From NCBI GenBank assembly GCA_012269595.1, contig JAAXJX010000050.1, forward strand, positions 1,612-63,185: a stretch of DNA of 61,574 bases. The letters are read 5' to 3'. The first letter of the stretch is position 1, and every line of letters starts with the position of its first letter. Below, one piece after another: positions 29,561 through 40,514 of this stretch. The notes beneath the pieces are model-generated. The model made no database searches. It was not told the DNA's origin and saw only the letters and a program-made list of their open reading frames with translations. The position numbers were made by a program, and so were the translations under genes. Source of the stretch: Planctomycetia bacterium. GTDB taxonomy: Bacteria; Planctomycetota; UBA8108; UBA1146.

Positions 29561-29634
29561 CGTCCCCGGCAGGATTCGAACCTGCGACCTTCGGATTAGG
29601 AATCCGATGCTCTATCCAGCTGAGCTACGGGGAC
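29561..29634 (-). tRNA. tRNA-Arg (anticodon CCT), CCA not encoded
   Basis: Minus strand GTCCCCG-TAGCTCAGCTGGATAGAGC-A-TCGGA-TTCCTAA-TCCGA-AGGTC-GCAGG-TTCGAAT-CCTGC-CGGGGAC-G forms a canonical cloverleaf. Confidence 0.96.
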
Positions 29635-29865
29635 ATCCCGAATCATGACTATCCATCACAACCTGACCCGGGAGCGTATCGCCTTTGCCGGGATGGGTCG
29701 AGGCGAACGGTAATTCATCTGCCAAATGCGACCGTTGTCGCAAAGGGTTCGATCCACGCCATATTGACAAAGGCTCTTCCCTCATTGTCAAAAACTAACA
29801 AAGTCAATACATTTAGTGGATCGGGAGAACTATAAAACTCTTCAAATTAATGGGGGAGAGACCCA

Positions 29866-32800
29866 ATGAAGATCTTTTCTGTAACGACATCCTATGTCGT
29901 ATCAAGCCTTGCCGCCTTCAAACGGCTCGGCCTTGTATTCGTGTTTGTATTTGTGTCTATGGGTATGTCCGGCACTCCGCTGACGGCGCAGAACTGTGAA
30001 ACAGGTTCTGAGACGTTGGCTGCATCGGCAACCCATGTGGACAACTCCGGTTCGTGGCTGGTTCGTGGCCAGGGCAGTGAGGTCGAGCTGTTACTCGAAG
30101 ATCAGGGAAGCTGGACATCCTTCCAGACTCTTGATCTGGGATTGCAGACTCTTCATTCGCTGGATCTGGATGGAACCTTGCTTGCCATCGGTCTGGGCAA
30201 TGAGGTCCGCATCCACAGTTATGACGGTACCAGCTGGGTCGAGGAGTTTGCCTTCGGGCCTGCTGATCCAGCAACGAGTTTCGGTCACAGCGTTGCCTTG
30301 TCCGGAAACCGACTGGCTGTGGGAGATCCAAACAGCAATACGATCACTTTCTACACGCGACTCTTCACCAGTGGGCAATCTGCTTCCTGGTTCACGAGTT
30401 CTACCAATACAGGATCTCCCGGAGGAACTCTGGGAGATGAGCTGGAAATGGTAGACGGCTACCTCGCCGCTGCTGACAGATCTCTGGGTTCCATTCAGGT
30501 ATTCGTTCCGGTGGGAAGTCCATCTCTGGAATGGGAAGCGGACTCCAGTCTGGCTCTGTCGAATGTTTCCGGATTCAGCCTCCATTCTTCTGGAGCTCAT
30601 CTGGATCTTTTGGTTCCTTCTGCTTCCGGTGCACAAATTTATCGTCGCGCTGGAGCCGGTTGGGATTTGCAGAGTGATTTGTCTTTCACTCCAGGAGCCA
30701 GACAGTACAGCGTTCTCTCCGCTGACAAGGCCGTCGTGACCACGGACTGTGGTCTGAGGCTCTACTCGCAGGAAGCGGGAGTATGGGATTCAGGTGTGGA
30801 ACTTCGCACTTTGGATGCTGCTGTGGCGTGCATGGACTTGCACGGAGCACAGGATGATTCTCCATTGGCCTTTGGTGATGCCGGAATTTTCCTGAGTACC
30901 GCCTCTGATCTGCGTCTGATTTCCGGATTGACCTACGCCGATTGCAATGGAAACGGATTACCCGATTCCTGTGATCTGGCTGCCGGAACTCCGGACTGCA
31001 ACGGCAATGGAATTCCTGACAGTTGCGACTTCGCCAATGGTGATCAGGATTGCAATGACAACGGCGTGATCGACATTTGTGAGATCAACAACGGATTTGC
31101 CCCTGATTGTAATGGAAATGGGATTCCGGACAGTTGCGACGCTCTCAATGGCGTTCAGTTTGATACCATTCCTCCGGTGATCGCCGGGGTTCCGGAAAAT
31201 CAGGACATTATTCTGAGCCCGGGTGTCTGTGCTGCGATTGCTGATTGGATAGAGCCGACTGCAACCGATATTTGCAGTAACGCCACCATTTCTTCGGATG
31301 TAGCTTTGGGTTCCGAGTTGTTCCCGGGTGTCAATACGATCACCTACACAGCCGAGGATGATCACGGCAACCAGTCCACCGCCAGTTTCACAGTGACGGT
31401 GACAGAGAATATTCCTCCGGTACTGGCGCAGTTGCCGATTGTCCCCGATTTTGCGGCGGACCCTCTGACCTGCACCGCGGTGGCGACCTGGGAAGAGCCG
31501 ACGGCAACGGACATCTGTTCCGATGTGACGATTACATCGAGCCATCCCAATGGGTCTGAGTTCCCCCTGGGAGAAACTCTGGTGGTCTTTACTGCGACGG
31601 ATGTCAGCGGAAACACTGACATCGATGGAATCATCATTCGCGTGGTCGACAACTCTGCACCCGTGATTGAGCAGTTGCCAAATATCGAGGTTTCTGCCCC
31701 CAACACTGCCTGTAATGCGACTGTTGACTGGATTGATCCGGTGATTACCGATTGCACACCAGGTGTGACGGTTACCCAAAATTTCCAGCAGCCCCTGATC
31801 GGCCTGCCGGGTATTCGCAATGTGACCTACACAGCCACAGATGCGAATGGTGTGTCATCTGCGATGACCTTTACGGTCAATATTGTTGACGATACTCCGC
31901 CGACTCTGGTGGGTTTGCCTGCGGATATGGTCCTTAACACTGACCCGGGTGCCTGTGGTGCCACGGTTCTTTGGGATCCGCCGACCGTGGTCGATAACTG
32001 CGATCTTGAACTGGAGCCTGTCAGTAACTTCGATCCTCCCTCCACCTTTGGTGTGGGTGTGACGACCGTGGTTTACACGGCCATCGACCCTTCCGGTAAC
32101 GAGAGGGTGGGTTCTTTCACGGTGACCGTGAATGACCTGGATATTCCTGTCTTCGTCAGTACCCCTGGACCGGTCTCTGCAGCGACCAGTACTACAGACT
32201 GTTCTGAGCCGGTGACCTGGAATCCGCCGGTGGCCGTCGACTGCTCCGCCAACCTCACCTACACCGCTTCTCATGATCCGGGAACCCCCTTCCCGTTGGG
32301 AACCACGGATGTCACTTACGAGGTTTCTGATCTTTCTGGCTTCTCGTCGACGATTACTTTCCCTGTGACGGTGACCGATGGATTCGGCCCGGAATTCCTG
32401 GGAGTGCCTGCAGACATCACTCAAGCGGTGACACCGGGTGAGTGCAGTTCTCTGGTGACATGGATCGAACCGACAGCTACTGATTCCTGTGGAACCTCCA
32501 CGATCAGTGGTTCCCATGCACCGGATACCGTCTTCCCTGTAGGAGTGACCCCGGTGACATACACGGCGATTGATGACAGTGGCAATGTCAGCACCGCGAC
32601 CTTCAATGTGACCGTGACCGATGGAAATGCACCAGCATTCAGCTCGGTGGTGGCCGATCAAAGTGCCACTGCTGCCATCGGAATCTGCCAGGCCCAGATC
32701 TTCTGGGATGAGCCTACAGCCACTGACGACTGTGCTGATGTTGTCATCACATCGTCCCATGCTTCCGGATCTTTCTTTGACAAGGGAGTCACGACGGTGA

Positions 32801-35800
32801 CTTACACCGCTTCCGATGGTGGCGGTGAAGTGGACCAGTTCTCATTCAACGTGACCGTGACCGACGTTGAGGCACCGAGTCTGCTCAACATGCCTGCAGA
32901 TATCACCGTGGGCAATGTTCCGGGTGCTTGTGCCAACACGGTCTTTTGGTTGACTCCGACTGCATTCGATCACTGCGAGCCAGTCGGATTTGCTGCGAGC
33001 CATGTTCCAGGAACCAGCTTCCCGGTCGGTCAGACCGAGGTGACTTACACCTCTACAGATTCTTCCGGAAACACAGCAAGCGCCAGCTTCATGATTCTCG
33101 TGGAGGATCGGGATGCCCCGACCTTTGTCGATACATTGCCGAGTTTGACGACGGTGATCGATCCGGGAACATGCGGAGCAGTGGTAACCTGGGCCGAGCC
33201 TTTGGCGTTGGATGCTTGTGATGCAGAATTGACCATCACTTCCAATCACCAGTCAGGTGACATCTTCCAGGTGGGAAGCACTCTGGTGACCTACACTGCT
33301 ACCGACGATTTCAATAACTCTACAAGCCTCTTCTTCAATGTGGTCGTGGAGGACAACGAAGGTCCAACGATTGTCGGGATTCCGCAGAGTTTCACTGCTG
33401 GAGTCGATGAAGGTGTTTGTGGTGCAACGGTGACATGGCAGGAGCCGGCACCTCTGGATTGCCAGTCGATGACAGTCCAAAAGAGCCATGATAATCCAGC
33501 CTTCCTTCCTCTGGGTGACACAACGGTGACTTACATCGTTACCGACGCCAGTGGAAATGCGACCACGGATTCATTTGTGATCACGGTTGTGGACGATCGT
33601 GCTCCGACATTCACGGCATTCCCTGAAAACATCTCGGTCTCCAACGACCCGGGAACCTGTGAGGCGATCGTGACCTGGGAGCCACTGCAGACGAGTGATC
33701 CCTGTTCGACCTCCTCATTTACCTTGAGTCACGAATCAGGATCGGTCTTCCCCCAAGGGGTGACGACCGTTACAGCGACCGCAGTGGACCTTTCTGGTAA
33801 CAGTCGTCAGCAGAGTTTTACCGTGAGTGTCCTTGATGGAGAGTCTCCGATTCTTCTGGAAGCACCCTCTGATCCGGTTTTCGTGGGTAACAGCACTCAA
33901 GAGTGTGATGCCGTCGCAAACTGGACCGTTCCTTCCTTCATCGACAACTGTGGTGGAGCAGTCACGGTCACTTCCAATCACCAGCCCGGTGATATCTTCC
34001 CGGTGGGAGAAACTCTTGTGAGTTACTCCGCTTTGGATGCGGACCTCAATGAGACGACTCACAGTTTCACGGTGATCGTTCTCGACACCACTGATCCGAC
34101 GGTGGAACAGCTGCCTGAAACGGTACATGTTTCAACGCCGGTCGATTCATGCTCAGCCACGGTCACATGGCCGGAGCCTGTTGCGACTGATTGTGGTCAA
34201 GTCACGGCTACCAGTGATTTTGCCAACGGCGCAGAGTTGGGTATCGGATCTCATATCATCACCTACACCTTCTCGGATGATTCAGGCAACAGCACGATGG
34301 GTTCTTTCCTCGTGGTTGTTTCTGATGGCGAGAATCCGACGATCTCGAATGTGCCTCAGGATGTGACGGTGACAAACACCACCTCCATGTGTGGGGTGAA
34401 CGTGATTTGGAGTGAACCCTCCACCAGTGACTGCACCTTCAGCAGCATGACTGCCAGTCACTCACCGGGAGACTTGTTCTCCACGGGTGTGACGGAGGTT
34501 CAGTACACCTCAACCGATACCGAGGGTAACCAGTCGACAGCCAGTTTCCTGGTCACAGTTCTGGATGGTGAAAGTCCGCAGATCATTGATATGCCCACCG
34601 ATATCACGGTGACCGCAGATCTGGGATCTTGTCAGGCAGCAGCCACTTGGGGCGACCCGCAGGCCATCGATTGTGTGTCTGCTGATTTGGCCTCCTCACA
34701 TCTTTCCGGAAGCCTTTTCGATATCGGTACGACTGAAGTGATCTACACAGCCACCGATACCGCAGGAAACTCCTCGCAGGCATCATTCCACGTGACAGTG
34801 ATCGATCAGGAAGCACCGCAAATCGCAAACATGCCGGATACGGTGATCGTCCAAAACAGCCCGGGCCTGTGCACCGGTGTAGCCATTTGGTCTGAACCGA
34901 GTGGAACCGACTGTTCCGGAATCGCATCCATCACGCCCTCGATTTCTTCGGGGTCCGAGTTCCCGGTGGGAACCACCACTGTGTTCTACAGCGTGATTGA
35001 CAACAGTGGTCTCGAGTCTGTGGCCAGTTTCCTCGTTGAGGTTCAGGACACAGAAGCGCCGACAATCCTCAATCTGCCTGGAACGGTAACGGTTTCCAAC
35101 ATCGCTGGTAACTGCTCTGGCCCGGCAACCTGGGAGACGCCTTCCACCGAAGATTGCTCGGGTTCCTTCATCACTTCTGACTACAGCAGCGGGCAAATGT
35201 TTGCGCTGGGAAGCACCACCGTTACCTACACGGCAATGGATGAATGGGGCAATAGCAGTCAGTCCAGCTTTGAGGTGATTGTTGAGGATACGGAATCACC
35301 CTTCTTCACGAATCTTCCGGCGACGATGACCTTCTCAAGTACATTGGGTACCTGTGAGGGATTGGCAACATGGCCGATGCCCACGGCGGCGGACCTCTGT
35401 AGTGCAGCTGCAGACGTCACCGTTACTTCCAGCCACGATTCTGGATCCGTATTTGCTATCGGAGATCACACAGTGGTCTTCACCGCAACGGATGCCAGCG
35501 GTAATGAACATGCACAGTTGGTGACGATCAGCATTATCGATATCGAGCCGCCGACGATCAGCGACATGCCTACAGACCTTGTGGGTACAGCGTTAATCGG
35601 CGAGTGCGGAGTACCGATGTCCTGGAATCCGCCTGCGACCTCAGACTGTTCGGATGTCACTCTCACCAGCACATTCAGTTCCGGTGACCTGATTCCGATT
35701 GGTTTGAATACCATTACCTACACAGCCACAGACAGTGCTGGTAACTCTTCCAGCTCTTCCTTCTTCATTAATGTTGCCGACGCGGAAGCGCCGACCATCA

Positions 35801-36795
35801 GCAACTTGCCCGAAAATGTGATTTTGACCAATGACTTCGATTCCTGTGGAGCAATCCATTCATGGGTTGAGCCGACCATTGAGGACTGCAGTGATCTGAT
35901 GCCCATCAGCATTTCTCACAGCAGTGGCACATTCTTTGAGCCGGGTATCACTGAAGTCTCTTACTCTGCGACCGATTTCTACGGTAACTCCACAACACAG
36001 AGCTTCACGGTCAATGTTGTTGACAAGGATGGTCCCCAGTTCCTGAACGTGGTTTCCTACGTTGAGTTGAACAACTATCCCGGTCTTTGCGGCGCAAATG
36101 CGTTCTGGCCAGAGCCGACGGTGGTCGACAACTGTGAAGTATCCAGTCTGCAGTCCACCGTTGAGCAGGGTGATTTCCTGCCGTTGGGTGAAACAGTGGT
36201 CAACTACGTGGCCATCGACAGTGAAGGCAATGCCAATACGGCCTCGATCACGATCAATGTCATCGACAATGAGGCGCCGCAGGTAATCAACCTTCCGGCT
36301 CACATCTTCGCCGAGCCGGATCCGTCAACCTGTACAGCGATCGTGACCTGGCAGGCTCCGGAAATCTCCGACAACTGCGACGGCGGCACGATCACCAGTT
36401 CGCATGAATCTGGAACAGAGTTTGAGGTAGGAACGCACACCGTGACCGTCATCGCGACCGACGCAGTTGGATTTGTGACGGAAGTCAGCTTCCAGGTCAC
36501 GGTCAATGAGTGCGGAGTGTCCTTCATTCGCGGTGACACCAACAATGACGGTGCCTACGACATCTCTGACGCGATTGGAATCCTCCAGTACATCTTTGGC
36601 GGGGCCATGACCGATCCGACCTGTCTCGATTCGCTGGATGAGAATGACGACGGCATGATCTCGATTGCGGATGCGATTTACCACTTCTCCCACCTCTTCT
36701 CGGGTGGTCCTGCTCCGGCAGCACCTTTCGACAGTTGTGGAGTCGACATGACTGCTGATGATCTGGGTTGCGAGAGCTACGGCGTCTGCCCCTGA
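29866..36795 (+). CDS. Giant secreted protein: degenerate FG-GAP propeller, 4 DCNxNGxxDxC repeats, 22 HYR domains, C-terminal dockerin-like domain
   Basis: Signal peptide; FGHSVALSGNRLAVG; repeats of about 80 aa D..P...C...W.EP...DC...SG..FP.G.T.VTYTATD..GN...F.V.V (22 counted); tail FIRGDTNNDG..DISD...DENDDG.I.IAD. Confidence 0.9.
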   Translation: MKIFSVTTSYVVSSLAAFKRLGLVFVFVFVSMGMSGTPLTAQNCETGSETLAASATHVDNSGSWLVRGQGSEVELLLEDQGSWTSFQTLDLGLQTLHSLDLDGTLLAIGLGNEVRIHSYDGTSWVEEFAFGPADPATSFGHSVALSGNRLAVGDPNSNTITFYTRLFTSGQSASWFTSSTNTGSPGGTLGDELEMVDGYLAAADRSLGSIQVFVPVGSPSLEWEADSSLALSNVSGFSLHSSGAHLDLLVPSASGAQIYRRAGAGWDLQSDLSFTPGARQYSVLSADKAVVTTDCGLRLYSQEAGVWDSGVELRTLDAAVACMDLHGAQDDSPLAFGDAGIFLSTASDLRLISGLTYADCNGNGLPDSCDLAAGTPDCNGNGIPDSCDFANGDQDCNDNGVIDICEINNGFAPDCNGNGIPDSCDALNGVQFDTIPPVIAGVPENQDIILSPGVCAAIADWIEPTATDICSNATISSDVALGSELFPGVNTITYTAEDDHGNQSTASFTVTVTENIPPVLAQLPIVPDFAADPLTCTAVATWEEPTATDICSDVTITSSHPNGSEFPLGETLVVFTATDVSGNTDIDGIIIRVVDNSAPVIEQLPNIEVSAPNTACNATVDWIDPVITDCTPGVTVTQNFQQPLIGLPGIRNVTYTATDANGVSSAMTFTVNIVDDTPPTLVGLPADMVLNTDPGACGATVLWDPPTVVDNCDLELEPVSNFDPPSTFGVGVTTVVYTAIDPSGNERVGSFTVTVNDLDIPVFVSTPGPVSAATSTTDCSEPVTWNPPVAVDCSANLTYTASHDPGTPFPLGTTDVTYEVSDLSGFSSTITFPVTVTDGFGPEFLGVPADITQAVTPGECSSLVTWIEPTATDSCGTSTISGSHAPDTVFPVGVTPVTYTAIDDSGNVSTATFNVTVTDGNAPAFSSVVADQSATAAIGICQAQIFWDEPTATDDCADVVITSSHASGSFFDKGVTTVTYTASDGGGEVDQFSFNVTVTDVEAPSLLNMPADITVGNVPGACANTVFWLTPTAFDHCEPVGFAASHVPGTSFPVGQTEVTYTSTDSSGNTASASFMILVEDRDAPTFVDTLPSLTTVIDPGTCGAVVTWAEPLALDACDAELTITSNHQSGDIFQVGSTLVTYTATDDFNNSTSLFFNVVVEDNEGPTIVGIPQSFTAGVDEGVCGATVTWQEPAPLDCQSMTVQKSHDNPAFLPLGDTTVTYIVTDASGNATTDSFVITVVDDRAPTFTAFPENISVSNDPGTCEAIVTWEPLQTSDPCSTSSFTLSHESGSVFPQGVTTVTATAVDLSGNSRQQSFTVSVLDGESPILLEAPSDPVFVGNSTQECDAVANWTVPSFIDNCGGAVTVTSNHQPGDIFPVGETLVSYSALDADLNETTHSFTVIVLDTTDPTVEQLPETVHVSTPVDSCSATVTWPEPVATDCGQVTATSDFANGAELGIGSHIITYTFSDDSGNSTMGSFLVVVSDGENPTISNVPQDVTVTNTTSMCGVNVIWSEPSTSDCTFSSMTASHSPGDLFSTGVTEVQYTSTDTEGNQSTASFLVTVLDGESPQIIDMPTDITVTADLGSCQAAATWGDPQAIDCVSADLASSHLSGSLFDIGTTEVIYTATDTAGNSSQASFHVTVIDQEAPQIANMPDTVIVQNSPGLCTGVAIWSEPSGTDCSGIASITPSISSGSEFPVGTTTVFYSVIDNSGLESVASFLVEVQDTEAPTILNLPGTVTVSNIAGNCSGPATWETPSTEDCSGSFITSDYSSGQMFALGSTTVTYTAMDEWGNSSQSSFEVIVEDTESPFFTNLPATMTFSSTLGTCEGLATWPMPTAADLCSAAADVTVTSSHDSGSVFAIGDHTVVFTATDASGNEHAQLVTISIIDIEPPTISDMPTDLVGTALIGECGVPMSWNPPATSDCSDVTLTSTFSSGDLIPIGLNTITYTATDSAGNSSSSSFFINVADAEAPTISNLPENVILTNDFDSCGAIHSWVEPTIEDCSDLMPISISHSSGTFFEPGITEVSYSATDFYGNSTTQSFTVNVVDKDGPQFLNVVSYVELNNYPGLCGANAFWPEPTVVDNCEVSSLQSTVEQGDFLPLGETVVNYVAIDSEGNANTASITINVIDNEAPQVINLPAHIFAEPDPSTCTAIVTWQAPEISDNCDGGTITSSHESGTEFEVGTHTVTVIATDAVGFVTEVSFQVTVNECGVSFIRGDTNNDGAYDISDAIGILQYIFGGAMTDPTCLDSLDENDDGMISIADAIYHFSHLFSGGPAPAAPFDSCGVDMTADDLGCESYGVCP

Positions 36796-36815
36796 TCAAT
36801 GCTGAGATCTGGATT

Positions 36816-36856
36816 TGCGGCTCCGATGGGATTCCCATCGGAGCCGCATTTTTTTT
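36816..36856 (+). terminator. Intrinsic terminator
   Basis: Perfect 15-bp stem TGCGGCTCCGATGGG / CCCATCGGAGCCGCA plus T8. Confidence 0.9.
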
Positions 36857-36916
36857 GATCGAAGTCTCCATCTCCTCGTTTAATCTGCATGCTCCTTAAT
36901 CTGCTGATCCGGAGGA

Positions 36917-39900
36917 ATGATGGTCGCTAATTGGGTTCTCATATTGTCCTTGCTGGCATTCAGTCAGGATGGTTCCACCGAGGCTGCTGCAGATTCTTCT
37001 CTTCAGCCCTGGCCCCAGGGAGCACTGGAGGCTCTTGAGAGAATTCGAACCCCGGAAGGGGTTTCCAAGCGCATCATTGCAGCGGGTCCCCTCGTCAGGG
37101 ATCCGGTGGCCTTTGCTGTTGACCATCGGGGAAGGGCATATGTTTGCGAATCGGAACGTCAGGAATACGGCGTTGAAGACAATCGCTCCAGTCCGTTCTG
37201 GTTGCAGGATGACCTGGCTCTGCAGACGGTGGATGACCGCCTCGCCATGTATGAAAAACACAAGGATCGTCGCCTGGATGGCATGGGATATTACAGCGCA
37301 CGCGAGGATCGGCTGACCTGCCTGAGCGATGAAGATGGGGATGGCATCATGGATACGGTGAAACCTTTCACCGATCCATTTGCTGAACCACTGGATGGCA
37401 CACTTGCTGGCGTTCTCGTCGATGAGGGAACTGCCTGGATTACCAATATTCCCCATTTGTGGATTGCTACCGATGAGAATCAGGATGGCCAGGCCGAATC
37501 ACGAAGGTCTGCACAAAGGGGTTTTGGCGTTCGCATCGCCTTGCGTGGGCACGATATGCACGGGCTGGTCCGCGGCCCGGATGGGCGTATTTACTTCTCC
37601 ATCGGTGACCGGGGTTTTTATCTGCAAACCGCTGATGGAAGACTTTTGCACGATGCCGGCTCAGGTGCAGTTTTCCGGTGTGAGCCGGATGGCTCTGCAC
37701 TCGAAGTCGTGCATGTGGGGCTGCGCAATCCCCAGGAGCTCGCTTTCAATGACTTCGGAGACCTTTTCACCGGTGACAACAATTCCGACGCGGGAGACCG
37801 GGCGCGTATCGTTCAGATCTTGCCTGGTGGGGAGACCGGTTGGCGCATGGAGTACCAGACTCTGGAAGGTGGCAATCAACGGGGGCCGTGGAATCAGGAA
37901 GGAATCTGGCAGGTGGAGCACCCGCTCAGACCTCGATGGGCATCGCCTCCGATTACCTATCTGGGGAGTGGTCCTTCGGGATTGGTTTACCATCCCGGGA
38001 CAGGATTTCGCTCCGATTTAGCGGGCAGTTTCTTCATGTGTGATTTCCGTGGTGACCCGGCGGCCTCTCTTCTGTGGAGGTTTCGCCTGGAGCCGGATGG
38101 AGCGGGGTATCGACTCTCGGAAAAGGAAAAGTTTATCGAGGGCGTCCTGTGTACAGATGTCGATTTCACACCGAATGGGGCCTTGTGGATTTCTGCATGG
38201 GGGGGCGGTTGGGTTTCGACCGATCGTGGGCGGCTTTTTGAGTTCACTGATTCCGATGGTTTGCGCCCGCCCGTTGAAATGGGAGTCCAGGATCTGCTGA
38301 CACGCAATGATCTGGATTCATTTGCTGCGGATAATTTGGCGGGGGCGGTCACTCTCGAAAATTGGCTGGGTTCCGCAGATCGCCGGGTTCGCCAGCGAAT
38401 CCAGAATCACCTCGCCTCAGGAGGAGAAAAGGAAGCCGATCTTCTGGTCTCCATCGCACGGGGTGGGAAATCGGCTACCGAAAATCTGTTGGGCAGAATC
38501 CATGCAATTTGGGGATTGGAACAATGGACGCGTCGAAACCCCGGAGATCAGGGACAGCGATTGTTGTCATTGGCCTCTCTGGAGGGTGACCCCCACGAAG
38601 AGGTCCGTCGTCAATTGGCACGGGTAATCGGGGATGGAGCAGGGACCCGTGGAAAGTCTGTGTTGATTCGGTTGTTGGAGGATCCCTCTCCCCGGGTTCG
38701 ATCTTCAGCAGCATTGGCACTCGCAAAATTGGGTGTCCCCGAAGCTCGCGAGGATTTTTTCAGAATCGGTCTGGAGGCCGCCGCCGACGACCCGGTTCTT
38801 CATCATTCCGCAGTGATGGCTCTGGCGGGATCCTGTACAGAGGCTGAGCTTCTGCTGGAAGGCTTGTCGAGAGACTCTTCAAAGGAACGAAGAATGTTGG
38901 CTCTGCTGGCACTTCGCAAAAAACATCACCCCTGGTGGCTCTTTTCAGGAAAGCAGGGCAATGTTGATGTCGCTGCGACTGAGCGAACTGAGCCCTTTGA
39001 CCCGGCGGATCTTCTGCAATCGGGATTGCGATACAAGTTGAATGAAACGGGTCTCACTCTTGCCAGACCGGTTGCCCCTTCTCTGGCCCATTTTCTCAAT
39101 GATGCAGATCCGGAGATCGTGGCAGAGGCAGCCCGGGCTATTCACGATCTGGATTGCACGGAGGCGATGACTCCTCTGGCGGATCTGCTGATTCAATGGT
39201 CGAAGATGCCTGCGGAAGAAGTGGCGGCCATGGGCGATTGGATCTGGCCGACGGGAAGAAGGGTGATCGATGCTGCCCAGCGTCATGGTGGGGCCCGACA
39301 TCTCATGGCATTGGTCGAATTCGCCGGACGGACGGAAGCCCCTGATGGGCTGCGTCGGTTGGCATTGCAGGCTGCCGCCGAATGGGATTCTCCTCCCTCG
39401 AGAGAGGGAGTGAGAGGGCTGGTCAGGCCGGTGGAGCCTGAACAGCGGCCACAGGATTTCGTTCCCCGGGAAGTGATCGAAGCCCCTCTTGGTCCATTGC
39501 TGAAGACCGGTTCCCTGAAAGGAGTGGCACTGAAAGTCGCTCTGGTTCATGGGATTGAGCTGGACCCATCCATCAACAGAACGGTTCTCGAGTCAGCGGA
39601 GCAGACTGCCGAATTCAGGATTCAGGCTCTCGAACAGTTACAGACCGCAATCTCAGCGGAGGAGCTGGCTGTCATTCTGAAACCTCTCGTTGGAAAAGGT
39701 GAAGCCAGTCTGCAACTGAGAATGGGTGAAGCATTGCAGGCGGAATCAGACCGACCGACTTATCTGATGAACACCTACGAGCAGGGCGGAGAGTTGTCGC
39801 TGCGTCAGTTGGCGATTCGGCGTCTGGCACAGCAGTATTCTGACAAGGCCGGAGTGGTCGACTGGTTGGTACGACAGCTGGACCGTCTCGATCAGGGAGA

Positions 39901-40318
39901 AGTGAAACCGGAACTGATTCTCGATGTATTGAGAGCCTGTGAAGAGTCCGGCTCCGAGTCTTTGCTGGAGCGTGCGCTCTCCAAAAGAATGGGGACCGAT
40001 GAGGATCGGGTTGCCGACCATTTCTGGGCACTCGCAGGGGGCAATGCAGTCAGGGGACAGAAGGTTTTTACAGAGCACCCGGCGGCCCAGTGTCTTCGGT
40101 GTCACCAGAGAGATGGAAATGGGGGGGTTTCCGGACCTGGTCTGGACGGACTCAGGGATCGCCGGGACCGGCGTCATATTCTGCAAAGCATCGTCGATCC
40201 ATCCGCCGAAATCTCCGAGGGGTACAGTGCCGAAAATGGCCTCTCTGCCATGCCGGAAGTGCACTGGATTCTGGAACCGGAGGAGATCCGCGACCTGCTG
40301 GAATATCTCGGGAGTTAA
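36917..40318 (+). CDS. PVC-type heme-binding protein (dehydrogenase-like propeller, HEAT repeats, cytochrome c)
   Basis: GGAGGA RBS; GHDMHGL..GPDGRIYFSIGDRG, GLRNPQEL.F...G; HEAT-like D....VR; G...RG..VF...AQCLRCH...GPGL and SAMP. Confidence 0.88.
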   Translation: MMVANWVLILSLLAFSQDGSTEAAADSSLQPWPQGALEALERIRTPEGVSKRIIAAGPLVRDPVAFAVDHRGRAYVCESERQEYGVEDNRSSPFWLQDDLALQTVDDRLAMYEKHKDRRLDGMGYYSAREDRLTCLSDEDGDGIMDTVKPFTDPFAEPLDGTLAGVLVDEGTAWITNIPHLWIATDENQDGQAESRRSAQRGFGVRIALRGHDMHGLVRGPDGRIYFSIGDRGFYLQTADGRLLHDAGSGAVFRCEPDGSALEVVHVGLRNPQELAFNDFGDLFTGDNNSDAGDRARIVQILPGGETGWRMEYQTLEGGNQRGPWNQEGIWQVEHPLRPRWASPPITYLGSGPSGLVYHPGTGFRSDLAGSFFMCDFRGDPAASLLWRFRLEPDGAGYRLSEKEKFIEGVLCTDVDFTPNGALWISAWGGGWVSTDRGRLFEFTDSDGLRPPVEMGVQDLLTRNDLDSFAADNLAGAVTLENWLGSADRRVRQRIQNHLASGGEKEADLLVSIARGGKSATENLLGRIHAIWGLEQWTRRNPGDQGQRLLSLASLEGDPHEEVRRQLARVIGDGAGTRGKSVLIRLLEDPSPRVRSSAALALAKLGVPEAREDFFRIGLEAAADDPVLHHSAVMALAGSCTEAELLLEGLSRDSSKERRMLALLALRKKHHPWWLFSGKQGNVDVAATERTEPFDPADLLQSGLRYKLNETGLTLARPVAPSLAHFLNDADPEIVAEAARAIHDLDCTEAMTPLADLLIQWSKMPAEEVAAMGDWIWPTGRRVIDAAQRHGGARHLMALVEFAGRTEAPDGLRRLALQAAAEWDSPPSREGVRGLVRPVEPEQRPQDFVPREVIEAPLGPLLKTGSLKGVALKVALVHGIELDPSINRTVLESAEQTAEFRIQALEQLQTAISAEELAVILKPLVGKGEASLQLRMGEALQAESDRPTYLMNTYEQGGELSLRQLAIRRLAQQYSDKAGVVDWLVRQLDRLDQGEVKPELILDVLRACEESGSESLLERALSKRMGTDEDRVADHFWALAGGNAVRGQKVFTEHPAAQCLRCHQRDGNGGVSGPGLDGLRDRRDRRHILQSIVDPSAEISEGYSAENGLSAMPEVHWILEPEEIRDLLEYLGS

Positions 40319-40403
40319 TGGATTGACTTCGTTAACAAACCGGTTTACAAACATGGGCGTCCCAATGACCCAATTTTCCCGAGTTGGGCCTTTCATTGCT
40401 TTG

Positions 40404-40514
40404 GACACTCTTGGGAACAGTCGTGGCCATCTATTGAACCTCTTCCGGGTCCCTCACTCCTCACTCCACTTAACCCGGGAGTGGTGTTCTTTGTCATGAC
40501 TGTTCCCAAGGGTC
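40404..40514 (+). ncRNA. Candidate structured RNA: long hairpin with CU-rich loop upstream of the cohesin gene
   Basis: 18-bp stem 40410-40427 / 40493-40510 with two G.U pairs; inner 9-bp stem 40442-40450 / 40473-40481 with one G.U pair. Confidence 0.45.

Noticed and set aside
29561-29634. tRNA-Arg as an integration site for an island
   Set aside because: No integrase or transposase, and no direct repeat of the tRNA 3' end was seen in the window.
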